Shown here one piece after another: positions 22,088 to 35,072 of a stretch of DNA of 64,000 bases. Below the pieces are notes generated by a model. That model was given only the letters and a program-made list of their open reading frames with translations, searched no databases and was not told where the DNA came from. Origin of the DNA: the human T2T-CHM13v2.0 reference genome, Homo sapiens. Made by a program: the position numbers and the translations under genes. The first letter of the stretch is position 1; every line of letters begins with the position of its first letter. The stretch lies in the NCBI RefSeq assembly GCF_009914755.1, contig NC_060930.1, one strand, 5' to 3'.

Positions 22088-24193
22088 CTTAAGTTCCAAG
22101 GTAAGCACAAACATACAAAGAAGAGAATAGTTAACTATTATAGTTCATTTATTTTAAAAAATAGGGAATAAGCAAAAGACAAGTTCAAATGTGGTTTTAG
22201 CCAATTCAGAAGAGAAATATGACAAGCATAAAATGATTTTAAAGGAAAAAGAAAAATTATTCTAAGAAAAAAGTAATTTGAAATGGAGGACTATTGAATT
22301 TTAAATTTCACTTCTCTAGAAATGTAACTAAATGTCCATAGCTATTTTTTTTTCCAAAAATAGCTTGTGGTGACCACAAGGGGGCGAATTTAGATTTGAA
22401 GTCAGGGCTAATGAGACCCATTCTAGCTACCCAAGGAGGCTTCTCTGTGACTGCAGCACTGATAGATTTAACAAAAAACAAGGGAAGGGTGTGGCCCTAT
22501 ATGGGGTTTGGGGGACCCTGAGTGGAAGAGTGCAGAGAAGCTGACTTACAGTGTGCATCCAGCACTGCACAAGACAGAGATTTTAACTTTAGCGGATGTA
22601 CATATTTCCTTAGCTAAAGAGGTCCTTCTGTCACAGGAACAGAAACATTTCTCAGCTTCCTGTCTCCATTTGCTTAAATCCTAGGCAACTCATTTGGCTT
22701 CCCAGATACCCTAATAGAGGGTGGGCCTAGAAATAACTGAACTAGGGCATCTCTTATTGTGATCTAATGTACTCTCATGTCAAGTCTGATCATCCCCGGC
22801 CACGCTGAGATTGGAGGCAGAGCCTGGACTGTGGAAACAACCTTGAAAGAGCCCCTGAGAGCTCCTACTATCCATCATTCCAAATAGCTCTGCCATAATT
22901 GTCTGTAATACTCTTATACTGTTGCTTATCACTGCAAATTTAAAACACGCAATAATTTCTACACTAACTTGAAAAAATATTATAGAAATAACACAGCTAA
23001 TGAAATAACCAGAAAAAAAAAGTAACATCAAGACACAAGCCTAGATTCTGGGAGAATGTCCAGAGGCAACAAAGTCAGAAAATAGTTGCATTTTGATAGC
23101 TCTGTCATAGGTAAAATCTGTGATCAGCCTACAGCCCTGAAATGATCATTTTACGGGTTGTCTCTACTAACTCCTGCTGTCAACCAAAATGGAATAAACA
23201 GAAAGCTGGTATCATCAACAGAGACAGATTCCAAGCTCTCCCTGTAGAGGACATACATTAAGTGTTTAAATGGACATAATGAAGTATAAAATAGTCCCTA
23301 ACCTTTAGATTCAGAAAATCTACTTAAATCATACATGTAAAAAAAGAAATAGCCACAATACTGAGCAGTTCAAGATAAAGAAAGGCTTCATGAGAAGGTA
23401 GGACTAGAGATGGCCTTCCCAGGATGCATAAGATTTACAAAGCAGGACAAGGAGGATGGGCATCCTAAGACTTGCAGAATTATAGTCTGAAAAAGGCACA
23501 AAGATTGGAAAACACCAGGCCTTGTGAATAGACAAGTTTCAGACCTGCTGGAGAGATGGAAAAAGAAAAAAAAAGGAACCTGGACATTTCGTGCATGTAG
23601 TGAGGAAAAATAGTCAAAAATATAAGTACTCAAACACAGAGGTATGAAAATCTAGTAAAACTGTACTTATCATTGCTTGATTGCTATTCTCTATATAAAA
23701 GGATCTATGAATAAAATGTCAGTAGTATGCCATGCCTAATAGTTCAAGTAGGGAGATACTGGAGTCCAAAAAACTATACTTGAGGGCTTTTCTTTTTTCA
23801 CAGTGGGGTTGATAACGATAATAGAGTGCTCAAGGCTGCTTGTGAAATTGTGCTTGTTTTCACTCATGTCCAATGATAACAGCTTTGATTTTTAAACAGG
23901 AGTAACTATTTTTCCATATATTGTGAATTCCTTCTAAAGGCAAATGTTCAAATCATTAGGTTCAGTTAATGTAGGTACAATCTACTAATTTGCTGCATTA
24001 GCCTGCAGAGAGATTGTCTATACCCACTGTCATAAGTTAATAGGAAGAGTAGGGGTTCTGAGGGAGCCCAGAAAATTATAACAAAGCATACCCTAAAACT
24101 AGAGCAATATAAGTTGTACCATGATAAATCTCATTCTTAGAAGAACGACTGTAGTATTTTTCATCTTATTTAGAATATACAACTAATGCGTAC

Positions 24194-24264
24194 TTGTTTC
24201 CAGGTTTCTTTCCTTCTAATGTATTTAGATGCTGTTCAAGCGTCTCCATAAGACTGCTGGGAGC
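24194..24264 (-). CDS. SNAP91: AP180 exon ~10 (71 nt): APSSLMETLEQHLNTLEGKKPGN, end of ANTH domain
   Basis: Acceptor ttattgtag|GCT and donor CAA|gtacgc. Confidence 0.97.
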
Positions 24265-27200
24265 CTACAATAAGAAAGTAAAAATAAATGTCTGCATTGT
24301 TTACTTTCAATGTAAACACACTGTAATGTCACTGTAACTGTATGGTGGAAGTCTGTGGATGGACCCCGATATATATGTGAGATAATTTAATTGCAGGTTC
24401 TTTTAGTATTTAAATATTTAAATTCCATAGACTTTCAGACAGACCCATCTTAAATAGACTTAACTCCACTGCATAACAAATAGCATTACAGTGTGGTTTC
24501 AGTGTAGAGATTACATTGGATAGACTTTTACTAATACATTACTTATATGCAGTAAACTCAAATCAAGTTCACCACCTCCTTCTCATAAGACCATAGTAAA
24601 AATGAATAAGTGTTTGTATTCAAGTCAAAAATATGAGTGCCCAAATACAAATTTACAGAAATTTGAAAATACAGTAAAATCTCACTTATCTATGTTTGTC
24701 TGAAATATTAGGAAAAACCATTTAAATATATTTTAAAAAGGTGGTGAGTGAGAGTTGTGGGGAAAAGAATATAATTCTAATAATCAATAACAATTAAGAT
24801 TTTATTATTGACCTATTTATATATAAAAATATATTTATATGTATAATAAAGTAACTTTTAGCAAATATAATATCAGAGCACTGTGTATTGGCAAATTTAA
24901 TAAGTTTCAACTCTTATTAAGAAATACTTGAATGTTTCCTTTTATAAATAATATTTTAGGCAATATAAAGTGATGACATTTCACTGTATACTTAAGGAGA
25001 AATAATAGGTTCACGCAAATTTTTCACCCAATCTATTCCTTAAGCATTAGAGATTTCATTTCATCTTTCTCAAATAGTTGTAATACAAATTAGACCTTAA
25101 CAGCAGCATAGGCATTCAAAGAATAGCATTTCTTAAATGAAATATATAACTACCCTTATAGGTATATTTAATTCTGACAATTCTTCTTTAAATTAATGTG
25201 AAATTAATTTTGAAGGACATTGAAGTAACTATGGTAACTGATAAAGGAACTCACAGAATTCACAGACATTCATATAACTGTATCTTTTACACTGTACCTT
25301 TAATGACAGATTGAAATTCTTACTAAAAATCTTTAATTTTGAAAATTCAGGACATTTATTTAATATTCATTTTTCATTTCACTAATAGACTCTTAAAACT
25401 GTCTTAACATTCATGTGATTATTATATTTGTAATTATGTGATTATTATAAGTGTAAATTACCAAGTGAACTAAAACATGTAAATTTAGATATATAAAAAT
25501 TACTAAGTGAACCAAAATATTAATTTGATCAAAATGATGAAGGTAAGATAGAAAGGAACAGCCCTGTCGGCATTATTTTAAAAGCTTTGAACTATAGAGT
25601 TAAAAAAAAAAGATTATCGGCATCTAATAAGTTTAGAAAATTACAAAAATTAGGATTTTAAAATACAACTCAGATGAAAATGGACTTAATAAATTCTAAT
25701 AAAACACAACTAAGACAATATTTCTAAGTTTAAAAAATGAATTTTAAGAGATACAGAAAATTTTGTTATAGATACCAGATTATAAACTATAAAGAAATGC
25801 TCATTGAATAAAGAATGTACATAGTAACATTAAAAATAAAAAAATAAATGGCTTCAAAATTTTTAGATGAATTCACATCTGATAACTTCAAAATTGTCAT
25901 ACTAATTGCCAGTGATGATGATAATGATGATGACGATGATGGAATTTAGGAGGTCTGGGCATATAAACTTTTCATATTTATATTTTTTCATTGGGATCGC
26001 AGTAAGGAAAAAAAATAAGCCATAGAACTTCTTTCCAGTTAGAAAACTTAAGATACTTTGAATGTTAATGTAATGTAAAGAAAGGGTGATTTTTTTGGCT
26101 AAACCTAAGTTTAAAACATGGTCTAAGAAAAATGCTATTTTTAGTCACAAAATAGCAACAAATACAGGATAACCAAAAATAGGTAATATTTTCTCCTATT
26201 AAGTTTCTTAGTTACCTAAAACAAAACAAAACAAAACAAAAAAACAAAACAAAAAACCCAGGAAGAGAGGTCCCCATTTTATTCGTTTTGTAAAGTTTCT
26301 TTCTAAGTGAGAAAATTGAAAAAATAAGTAGAAGTCACAAAAAAAAAAATCACAATAGCTGAAAGAGAAATTTGATCAAGGAATACAAGACTATCAAACT
26401 GACTTTTGTCTTAAAGGGAAATAAAGTTTGGAGCATTCCATCCTAGAAGTTTGAAAGTGCTTCATCATTTATATTTCTTATAAAAACATGTAAAATCAAA
26501 CAGAAATAAATTCCTCAAATGTCTTTGGAGGAAAAAAAGTACTTTGATAGTAATATCCAGGCGTGCAGGAATGTCTACCTTTTCTCAACTGCATCTATGG
26601 CAGTGAGGACATCCGGGCATGCAGTAGACAATAAATGAAAACCACCTCTTAAATTTCCAAGGAGCAAAAACTTTGAGAATGCCTCTGCTGTTGTAAAAGG
26701 AATTTAATATAACAAAATATAATGAGCAGGCTCTTTAGTTGCTTGTTTTTAAAAATGTCAAAGTCAATAGACCAATCAGATGGGAACACCAATCCAAAGA
26801 ACAAGAGTCAGCCTGTGAAAGCTGATAACAGCAACATATGGTTACCGATTCATCAGTTGTATGGTCTTTAAAAGGAGACCCTTCTTTACCAGTAGTTTTC
26901 GTATCAACCAGAATTCCTGACATCAAAAACATAAGATTTTTTTCATAAATGAAGATATTTACATTTGGAATGTACACATGCCACAAACAGGAAATAATAT
27001 TAAAAAATTCTTTTCTCGGAACAAATTCATAGCTGATTGTGAGCCCAGGCTCCAAAAGAAAGCATCCATCTACGATTTAGATGCTATAGCTTATAAAGCA
27101 TCATTAAAACCAAATTTAAAAAAAGCAATCATAAGATCATTCAAATTCTTATCATTAGATCTAAGAAACAATTTGAAAGTGCTGAGGAGAAATATTTCAG

Positions 27201-27926
27201 TTCTGATATATTCAGTTCTTACCCAAAACAGTTATTTTTGAATGTCCTTAAAAATTTCATTGATATTGGTGAATAATTTAAATGTAATAATTATGATATT
27301 ATGTGTACAAGTTAAAAAGGGTTACAGATGATTGCATTCATGTTTAATGTACAGTCTCTAACCTAAAAGATATCCATTAAATTCATAAAGATATCTATGA
27401 AATTCCTCCATTCCATTTTGCTGAAAGAGGAATTCTAATCATTTTTTAAGTTATGAGCATTCTATTCCTACTCCCAGTAGGAAGCCCTTCTGATCTCCAT
27501 CTCTTCTTTAACACTCTCTTCTGACAGGTATTTTTGTTCATTACCTGGCTAGATTGAATGGCCATGGTGGCCGCAGACAAGCCTGGTAGAAAGCAGAATC
27601 TAATCTTAGAAGAGTAGAACCGAATCCATATAACCTGGTACTTCGGACCCATCTGCAGATTAATCCTGGTTTTAAAGATGAAACAGCTCTCTAAAGGACT
27701 AACCCCAGAACAATTCACATGCTAGCCCAGACCTGATCATAACTGTCAGAGGTCTAAATCCTCAGGTCAATTAGAGACTTCCATTAGACCTGCCGAGGGG
27801 CTCTACACAGGAATGAAGAAGGGTGTTTAGCTCTATGTCACTCACAACCCCAAAAGAAACCACAGTATTAAGAAATTTCAGAAGCATATCATATTCTTGT
27901 ATTGAACTAGAGGAATTTTTCTATGA

Positions 27927-28228
<302 letters not shown>

Positions 28229-28269
28229 TGAACAGGTAATTTAAAAATAAATATTTTTCCCCATTTAAA

Positions 28270-28565
28270 AAATCTTTTAGGGTTGGGGATACTTGCGCAG
28301 GTTTGTCATATAGGTAAATTGCATGTCACAGGGGTACCACCTTCTACCCTCCAGTAGGCCTCGGTGTTTGTTGTTCACTTCTGTGTGTCATATATACTCA
28401 ATGTTTAGCTCCCACTTATAAGTGAGAACATGCAGTATTTGGTTTTCTGTTTCTGCATCAGTTTACTTGGGATATTGGCCTCAAGCTCCATCCATGTCTC
28501 TGCAAAGTACATGATCTTTTCTTTTTAATGGTTGTATAGTATTCCATGGTGTATATGTATCACAT
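28270..28565 (-). mobile_element. Old L1PA 3' UTR fragment
   Basis: gtttagctcccacttataagtgagaacatgcagtatttggttttctg. Confidence 0.85.
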
Positions 28566-30526
28566 AAAAATAAATGTTAATATTGAAATTTATGTGGCGC
28601 TTAAGGTCATAACAAAAGAAGAGAATAGAGTGCTAATAGATTCTAATGAATTTCTACCATAGAATAGCTTTCTAACAGACCCAGGGCAAGATTTTACTTT
28701 CTTTGAGGGAGGAGTCTCTGTTCCCTAAATTATGAAAACACACATCTTAAATCATTCAGTAAAATATAATGTTTCTGGGCTTCTTGAGGGGGAGATTATA
28801 AATATTATAATGACTATAATAGTATCATTAAAAATTTAATCCAAGTATATGATTTCAATGATGTACTTTCAATGATATGCTCTCATTGTCTAATGTTAAA
28901 AGCAAAAACAGATTTAAGTAGTCATTTGAATATTTCCTTGTTTCCTTTCAGACTGCCCAAACTAAGTATGATAGATGAGGACCTATATTCTTAACTGAGA
29001 GCCTACTTTCTCTTTTATTCTACAGTAAGGGTGTCCATAGATGTGAAATAAAGATGATTTGCCACTTCTAGAAGCTATTCATTAGCTTCTAAATATCAGA
29101 GCTAAATATTTTAATGTCTTAAAAGTTAACATGTATTACTTATGTGGATTATTTTTTAAAATGTACTATAAATTTTACTAAAAATGATTAGTTTAAATGA
29201 AAACACACTTATTTTCTTTGCTTTTAATTATAGTGTTACAAAGATAAATCTATATCTAATAAAGAGATTTTTAGTGGCACTTTATGCACACTTAATTTTT
29301 TGGCCATATCCAAAATGATACCAATATCTTATTCAGGTATGTGCCTGGTCAAAAAACACTGTTTTCTCATAGTAGCAGAAATATTTTATACCAATATTCT
29401 GTCTATGAAAAAGAACTGCTTCTCAACTTTTCACTAAAAAATACAATGCCATCATGTTCTGGATTGCTCTGTGAATTTTATTCATAAAGAATTCTTGATA
29501 TTTAATTGGCATTTTAATAATACAAATAACATTTCTTTGAGTTTCCCTAATTTTTAATAAAAACTTAAGGATTAATATTATTTTAAAGATGGAAACATTT
29601 CAAGGCATAATAAGGACAGCAAATTACTAAATGCACTTTGATATTATTAACAAGTAGGTATCTTTCATTATGACAATTTTTTTCTATTATAATGACTATA
29701 TTTACAAGGACAGAAAGTTCATATATTCATTACTGGTAAATAAGATAGCAGCTCTGTGTTTTCTCCTATCATCTCTACAATAACATCATTGCTAGTTAAA
29801 TAACATGTTTGGGATATAACTGTACCATAACAGAGTGCTTAAGTAAAAACAGTTCCTGCCAATTATGAGAAAGGTTATACTATACCCATGAATGACCTTG
29901 AATCTATATATTAGGATCCATACACAGTACCCTCTTCACAGATAAAATGATTGATACAGAAGCCCCTCTATTGTTGTCATTTACTAGATGGGCTCCAGAA
30001 AAATTGCTCATCTACCACTACTATTTTATTAGCTTATTTTATACATGGACATTTCTCCATTTCATAGGGGAGACAAGTAGTTCAACTGTGACATCAGAGT
30101 TTTCCCTATTCATGGGTCTCCTTCATATCTGGGACATGTTGGAAACTAGGAAGACAAGCAGGAGGAAAAGTTCTAATATTCTGATTATCAGGCCTAGAAA
30201 TAGTGACTTTTCATAGCCAAAGCATTTCTATTAACATTATTCAAGGTTTCCTTTTGATCAAGTTTAAAATGAAAAGATGAGTTCATTTACTAAATTCAGT
30301 TGCGTTTAAAGAAGAAACTATATCATAAGAACAAGAAAATCTTCCTATTACCTCCAGAAATATATTCAATGGCTAGAAACAATAAATAAGGTAGAATAAT
30401 TTCCAAGAAAGTTGGTTGGCCTAAGTTCAAAATGCATGAAATGCTTACAAGACTATGCCCATTTGTGGCAATATATGTTGTAATAATCTCATGCATACTG
30501 AATCTTCCACTGGGAGAGTTGCTTAC

Positions 30527-30568
30527 CTGTGTGAGGTCAGGAATGTCACCTTTATCAATACCAACTTG
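30527..30568 (-). CDS. SNAP91: AP180 exon ~9 (42 nt): QVGIDKGDIPDLTQ
   Basis: Acceptor ccacag|CAA and donor CAG|gtaagc. ANTH domain sequence. Confidence 0.97.
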
Positions 30569-31797
30569 CTGTGGATTTAAAAAATTAGAAATTAGTAGAA
30601 CTTTTAAAATTAATTTTTTTCATTTAATGGAAGATCACCTACACAATTAGTTTAAACAGCTCAATATTGGTGTAAATGAATTATTTTATGTATCACTCTC
30701 ACTTGGAACATATGCTTTTTATGCAGTTTTTCACTCAATATAATAGAGCAGTAATTTCATTAATATAGTTAGACATAACAAATGTATAGAATTCTACTAG
30801 AATCCAAAAACAAATGACAACAAATTGAAGCATAAAATGTAATGGTATCCTTAGTTAACAGAAGCTCAAAATGTAAAACACTGCTTAGACTAAATTTAGT
30901 AGTTAATTATGCCCAGCTTCTGGATAGGGAATGCTCATTTAGTTCTAAAACTCATTCAGGGTATAATTTCCACTCTTTCTCCCACAGACCTAACTTTGTT
31001 AGTTTCTTATGTATCCTTTCAGAGTTTCTTTATGTATATTCAAGGAAATATGAAATTATACAAATATATACTTATTTCCCCATTACAACACAAATAATAA
31101 CATATTATATATAATGAACTTATGTTTCACTAAAAAATATATCTTAGACATATATCCATATCAACACACAGAATATCCTCATTTAATAAACAGCTGCATA
31201 GAACTTCCTTGTCCTATATTTAATTAGTAACTTATTAATGGACACTAAAGTTGCTTTTGATCTCTTGCCATTGCAAACAGTGCTGCACACACCATTTTGC
31301 ATGTGTAATGTATATATCTGTATGATATACTTGTAGAAGTGGAATTACCAGATAAAAGTATATGCATATTGTTAATTTTGTTAGCATGGGGATAGGGGCA
31401 GAGAAAGAGAGAAGGGAGGAAAAGCAAATATGAAAAAATATTAATAAAGGTAAATCAATGAAGAGACCATATTTATTCATTATACATAAATTCTTTTGTA
31501 GGTTTGAAAATTATTCAAAGTGAAAAGTTGGGGAAAAACACAAATCACAAGTTCAATCGTATCATTTTTATATAAATAATGAAATTGAGGTTCAAAGAAA
31601 CAAAGTGGGTTAAGCCAAAGTGTATCTCCTTGAGAAATGAAGAGCTTTGATTATACTGATGGAAATGTAGAAGTAAACACATGAAGCAAAAGTGCTGGGC
31701 TGCTACAAAGACAATAAAGCAAACTGGAGATCAGAAAATCCATTTGTGTGTCAAATGCTGAACTACCTTCTTTCCTCTTTCTTCTCTGTGTCTAGAG

Positions 31798-32010
31798 CAG
31801 GGTTTCTCAGTCTTGGCACTATTGGCATTTGGGGAAGATAATTCTTGTTGGGGGGTGTCTTGTGCATTGTAGGATGTTTAGCAGCATCCCTGGCCTCTAC
31901 CCACAGGATGCTAGTAGACACCCTCTCCAGTGTGATAACAAAAAAACATCTCTAAATGCTATCCTTTGAGGAGGGGAGGGAAGCAAAGTCACTTGCTGTT
32001 GAGACCACTG
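31798..32010 (+). mobile_element. MER20 hAT-Charlie DNA transposon
   Basis: Termini cagggtttctca...ttgagaccactg, internal gtttagcagcatccctggcctctaccc, and a degenerate 8-bp TSD. Confidence 0.88.
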
Positions 32011-35000
32011 ACGTAGAGCACTTGCCTTAATCTCTCTGGATCAAATAATGTTTGAATCCAGAATTCCAGACTTTACTTTTTCTGCAACTACCAAATATTA
32101 TTATTTCTTTTTAAAAATTTTCCATTTTTATTTCAGATTCAGGGGTACAAGTGCAGATTTGTTACAAGGGTACATTGTATGATGCTGAGGTTTGGGCTTC
32201 TACTAATGCTGTTACCCAGATAGTGAACACAGTACCTAACAGGAAGGTTTTCAGACCTTGACTTCCTCCCTTTGTACCTGCTTTTGGAGGCCCCAGTGTC
32301 TACTGTTCTCATCTGCATGTGTGTACCCAAGATTTAGCTCTCACTAATAAGTGAGAACATGTGGTATTTGGTTTTCTGTTTCTGCATTAGTTCACTTACG
32401 ATAATGGCCCCCAGCTACATTCATGTTGCTGCTAAGGGCATGATTTCATTCTTTTTTATGGCTGCATAGTATTCCATGGTGCATATGTACCACATTTTCT
32501 TTAACTGGTCCACCACTGATGGGCACCTAGGTTGATTCCATGTCTTTGCTATTTGAATAGTGCTGCAATGAACATATGAGTGCCTGTGTCTTTTTGGTAG
32601 AACAATTTATTTCCCTTTGGGTATACACTCAGTAATGGGACTACTCAGTCAAACAGAAGTTCTATTGTTAGTTCTTTGAGAAATCTCCAAACTGCTTTCC
32701 ACAGTGGCTGAACTACATTCCCACCAACAGTGTATATGAGTTCCCTTTTCTCTGCAGCCTTGCCAACATGTTGTTTTTCGGCCTTTTAATAATATCTATT
32801 CTGACTGGGTGTAAGATAGTATCTCACTGTGGTTTTGATTCGCATTTCTCTGATGATTAGTGATGCTAAGCATTTTTTCATGTTTGTTGGCCATTTAAAT
32901 GTCTTCTTTTGAGAAGTGTCTGTTCATGTCCTTGGCCCACTTTTTAATGGGGTTGTTTTTCTTGGTGATTTATTTAAGTTCCTTATAGATTCTGGACATT
33001 AGTCACTGGTCAGAAACAAAGGTGAAGAATATTTTCTCTCATTCTGTAGGTTGTCTGTTTACTCTGTTAATAGTTTCTTTTGCTGTGCAGCTCTTTAAAT
33101 AAGTCTTAGTTGTCAATTTTAATTTTTGTTGCAATTGCTTTTGAGGACTTGGTCATAAATTCTTTGCCAAGGCCAACATCCAGAAGGGCATTTTCTAAGT
33201 TTCCTTCTAGCATTTTTATAGTTTGAGGTCTTTTATCCATCTTTAGTAAATTTTTATATGTGGTGTTAGGTGGGGGATCCAGTCTCATTCTTTTGCATAT
33301 GGCTAGCCAGTTTTCCCAGCACCATTTTTGAATAAGGAGTCCTTTCCCCTTGTTATGCTTATTTTTGCCAACTTATCAAAGATCAGTTGTTTGTAGGTAC
33401 GCTGCTTTATTTCTGGGTTCTCTATTCTGTTCCACTGTTCTATGTGTCTGTTTTTGTAACAGTATCATGCTGTTTTGGTTACTGCACCCTTGTAGTATAG
33501 TTTGAAGTCTGGTAATGTGATGCTTCTGGCTTCGTTCTTTTTGCTTAAGATTGCTTTGGCTATTCCACCTCTTTTTTGGCTTCATATAAATTTAGAATAA
33601 TTTCTTCTAGTTCTGTGGAAAATGATGTTGATAATTTGATAGACATAGCATTGAATCTACGGATTGCTTTGGGCAGTAGAGCCATTTTAACAATATTTAT
33701 TCTTCCAATCCATGAGCATGAAATGTTTTTCCATTTGTTTGTGTCATCTCTGACTTCTTCCATTGGTGTTTTGTAGTCCTCCTTGTAGAGATCTTTTATC
33801 TCCTTGGTTAGAGGTACTCCTAGGTTTTCAATTTTTTGTGGCTATTGTAAATGGGATTGCATTCTTCATCTGGTTCTCAGATTGGAAGTTATTAGTGCAT
33901 AGAGATGCTATTGATTTTGATGTTTGTAGGTAGATTTTGTCCTGAAACTTTACTGAAGTTGTTTATCAGGTCTAGGAGTTTTTTGATGGAATCTTGAGGA
34001 TTTTCTAGGTGTAGAATCATATCCTTAGCAAAGAGAGATAGTTTGACTTCCTCTTTTCCTATTTGGATTCCTTTTCTTTCTCTATCCTGACTGCTCTGTA
34101 GGACTTCCAGTATTATGCTGAATAGTAGTGGTGAAAGTGGGCATCATTTTCTTGTTCTAGTTCTTAAAGGGAATGCTTCCACCTTTTGCTCATTCAGTGT
34201 GATGTTGGCTGTGGGTTTGTCATAGACGGTTCTTATTATTTTGAAGTATGTTCCTTCAATGCCTAATTTGTTGAGGGTTTGTATCATGAAGGGAGGTTGG
34301 ATTTTACAGAAAGCTTTTGCTGCATCTATTGAGATAATTACATGGTTTTTAATTCTGTTTATGTGGTGAATTACATTTATTGTTTTGCATATGTTGAACC
34401 AACCTTGCATCCTAGGAATAAAGCCCACTTGATTGTGGTGAATTAACTTTTTGATGTGCTGCTAGATTTGATTTGCTATTATTTTGTTGAGGATTTCTGC
34501 ATCTATGTTTGTCAGGGATATTGGCTTGTAGTTTTCTTTTTTTTGTTGTGCCTTTGCCAGATTTTAGTATCAGGATGACACTGGTTTCACAGAATGAGTT
34601 AGGGAGGGATCCCTCCTTCTCAATTCATTGAAATAGTTTCAGTAGAATTGCTTCCAGTTCTTCTTTTTACATCTGATAGAATTTAGCTGTGAATCTATTT
34701 GGTCCAAGGCTTTTATTTCTTAGTAGGTTTTTTTACTACTGAAGTCAGTTGCAGAACTTGAAAGACCAATAACGGAGTTTCAACTTCTTCCTGGTCCAAT
34801 ATTGAAAGGTTGTGTGTTTCCAGAAATTTATCCATTTCCTCTAGATTTCTACTTTGTGTTCATAGAGGTTTTCGTAGTAGTCTAGAGGATTTTTTCTATT
34901 TTTGTGGGATCAACTGTAATGTCACCTTTGTCTGTCTGATTGTATTTATTTGGATCTTCTCTTTTTTTCATTGTTAATCTAGCTAGTGGTCGATCAATCT

Positions 35001-35072
35001 TGTTTATCCTTTCGAAGAACCAATTTTTATTTCATTGATTCTTTGTATGTTTTGGGGGTGTCAATTTCATTT

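Noticed and set aside
25912-26256. (GAT)n-like and (AAAAC)n simple repeats
   Set aside because: Ordinary short intronic repeats, far from exons.
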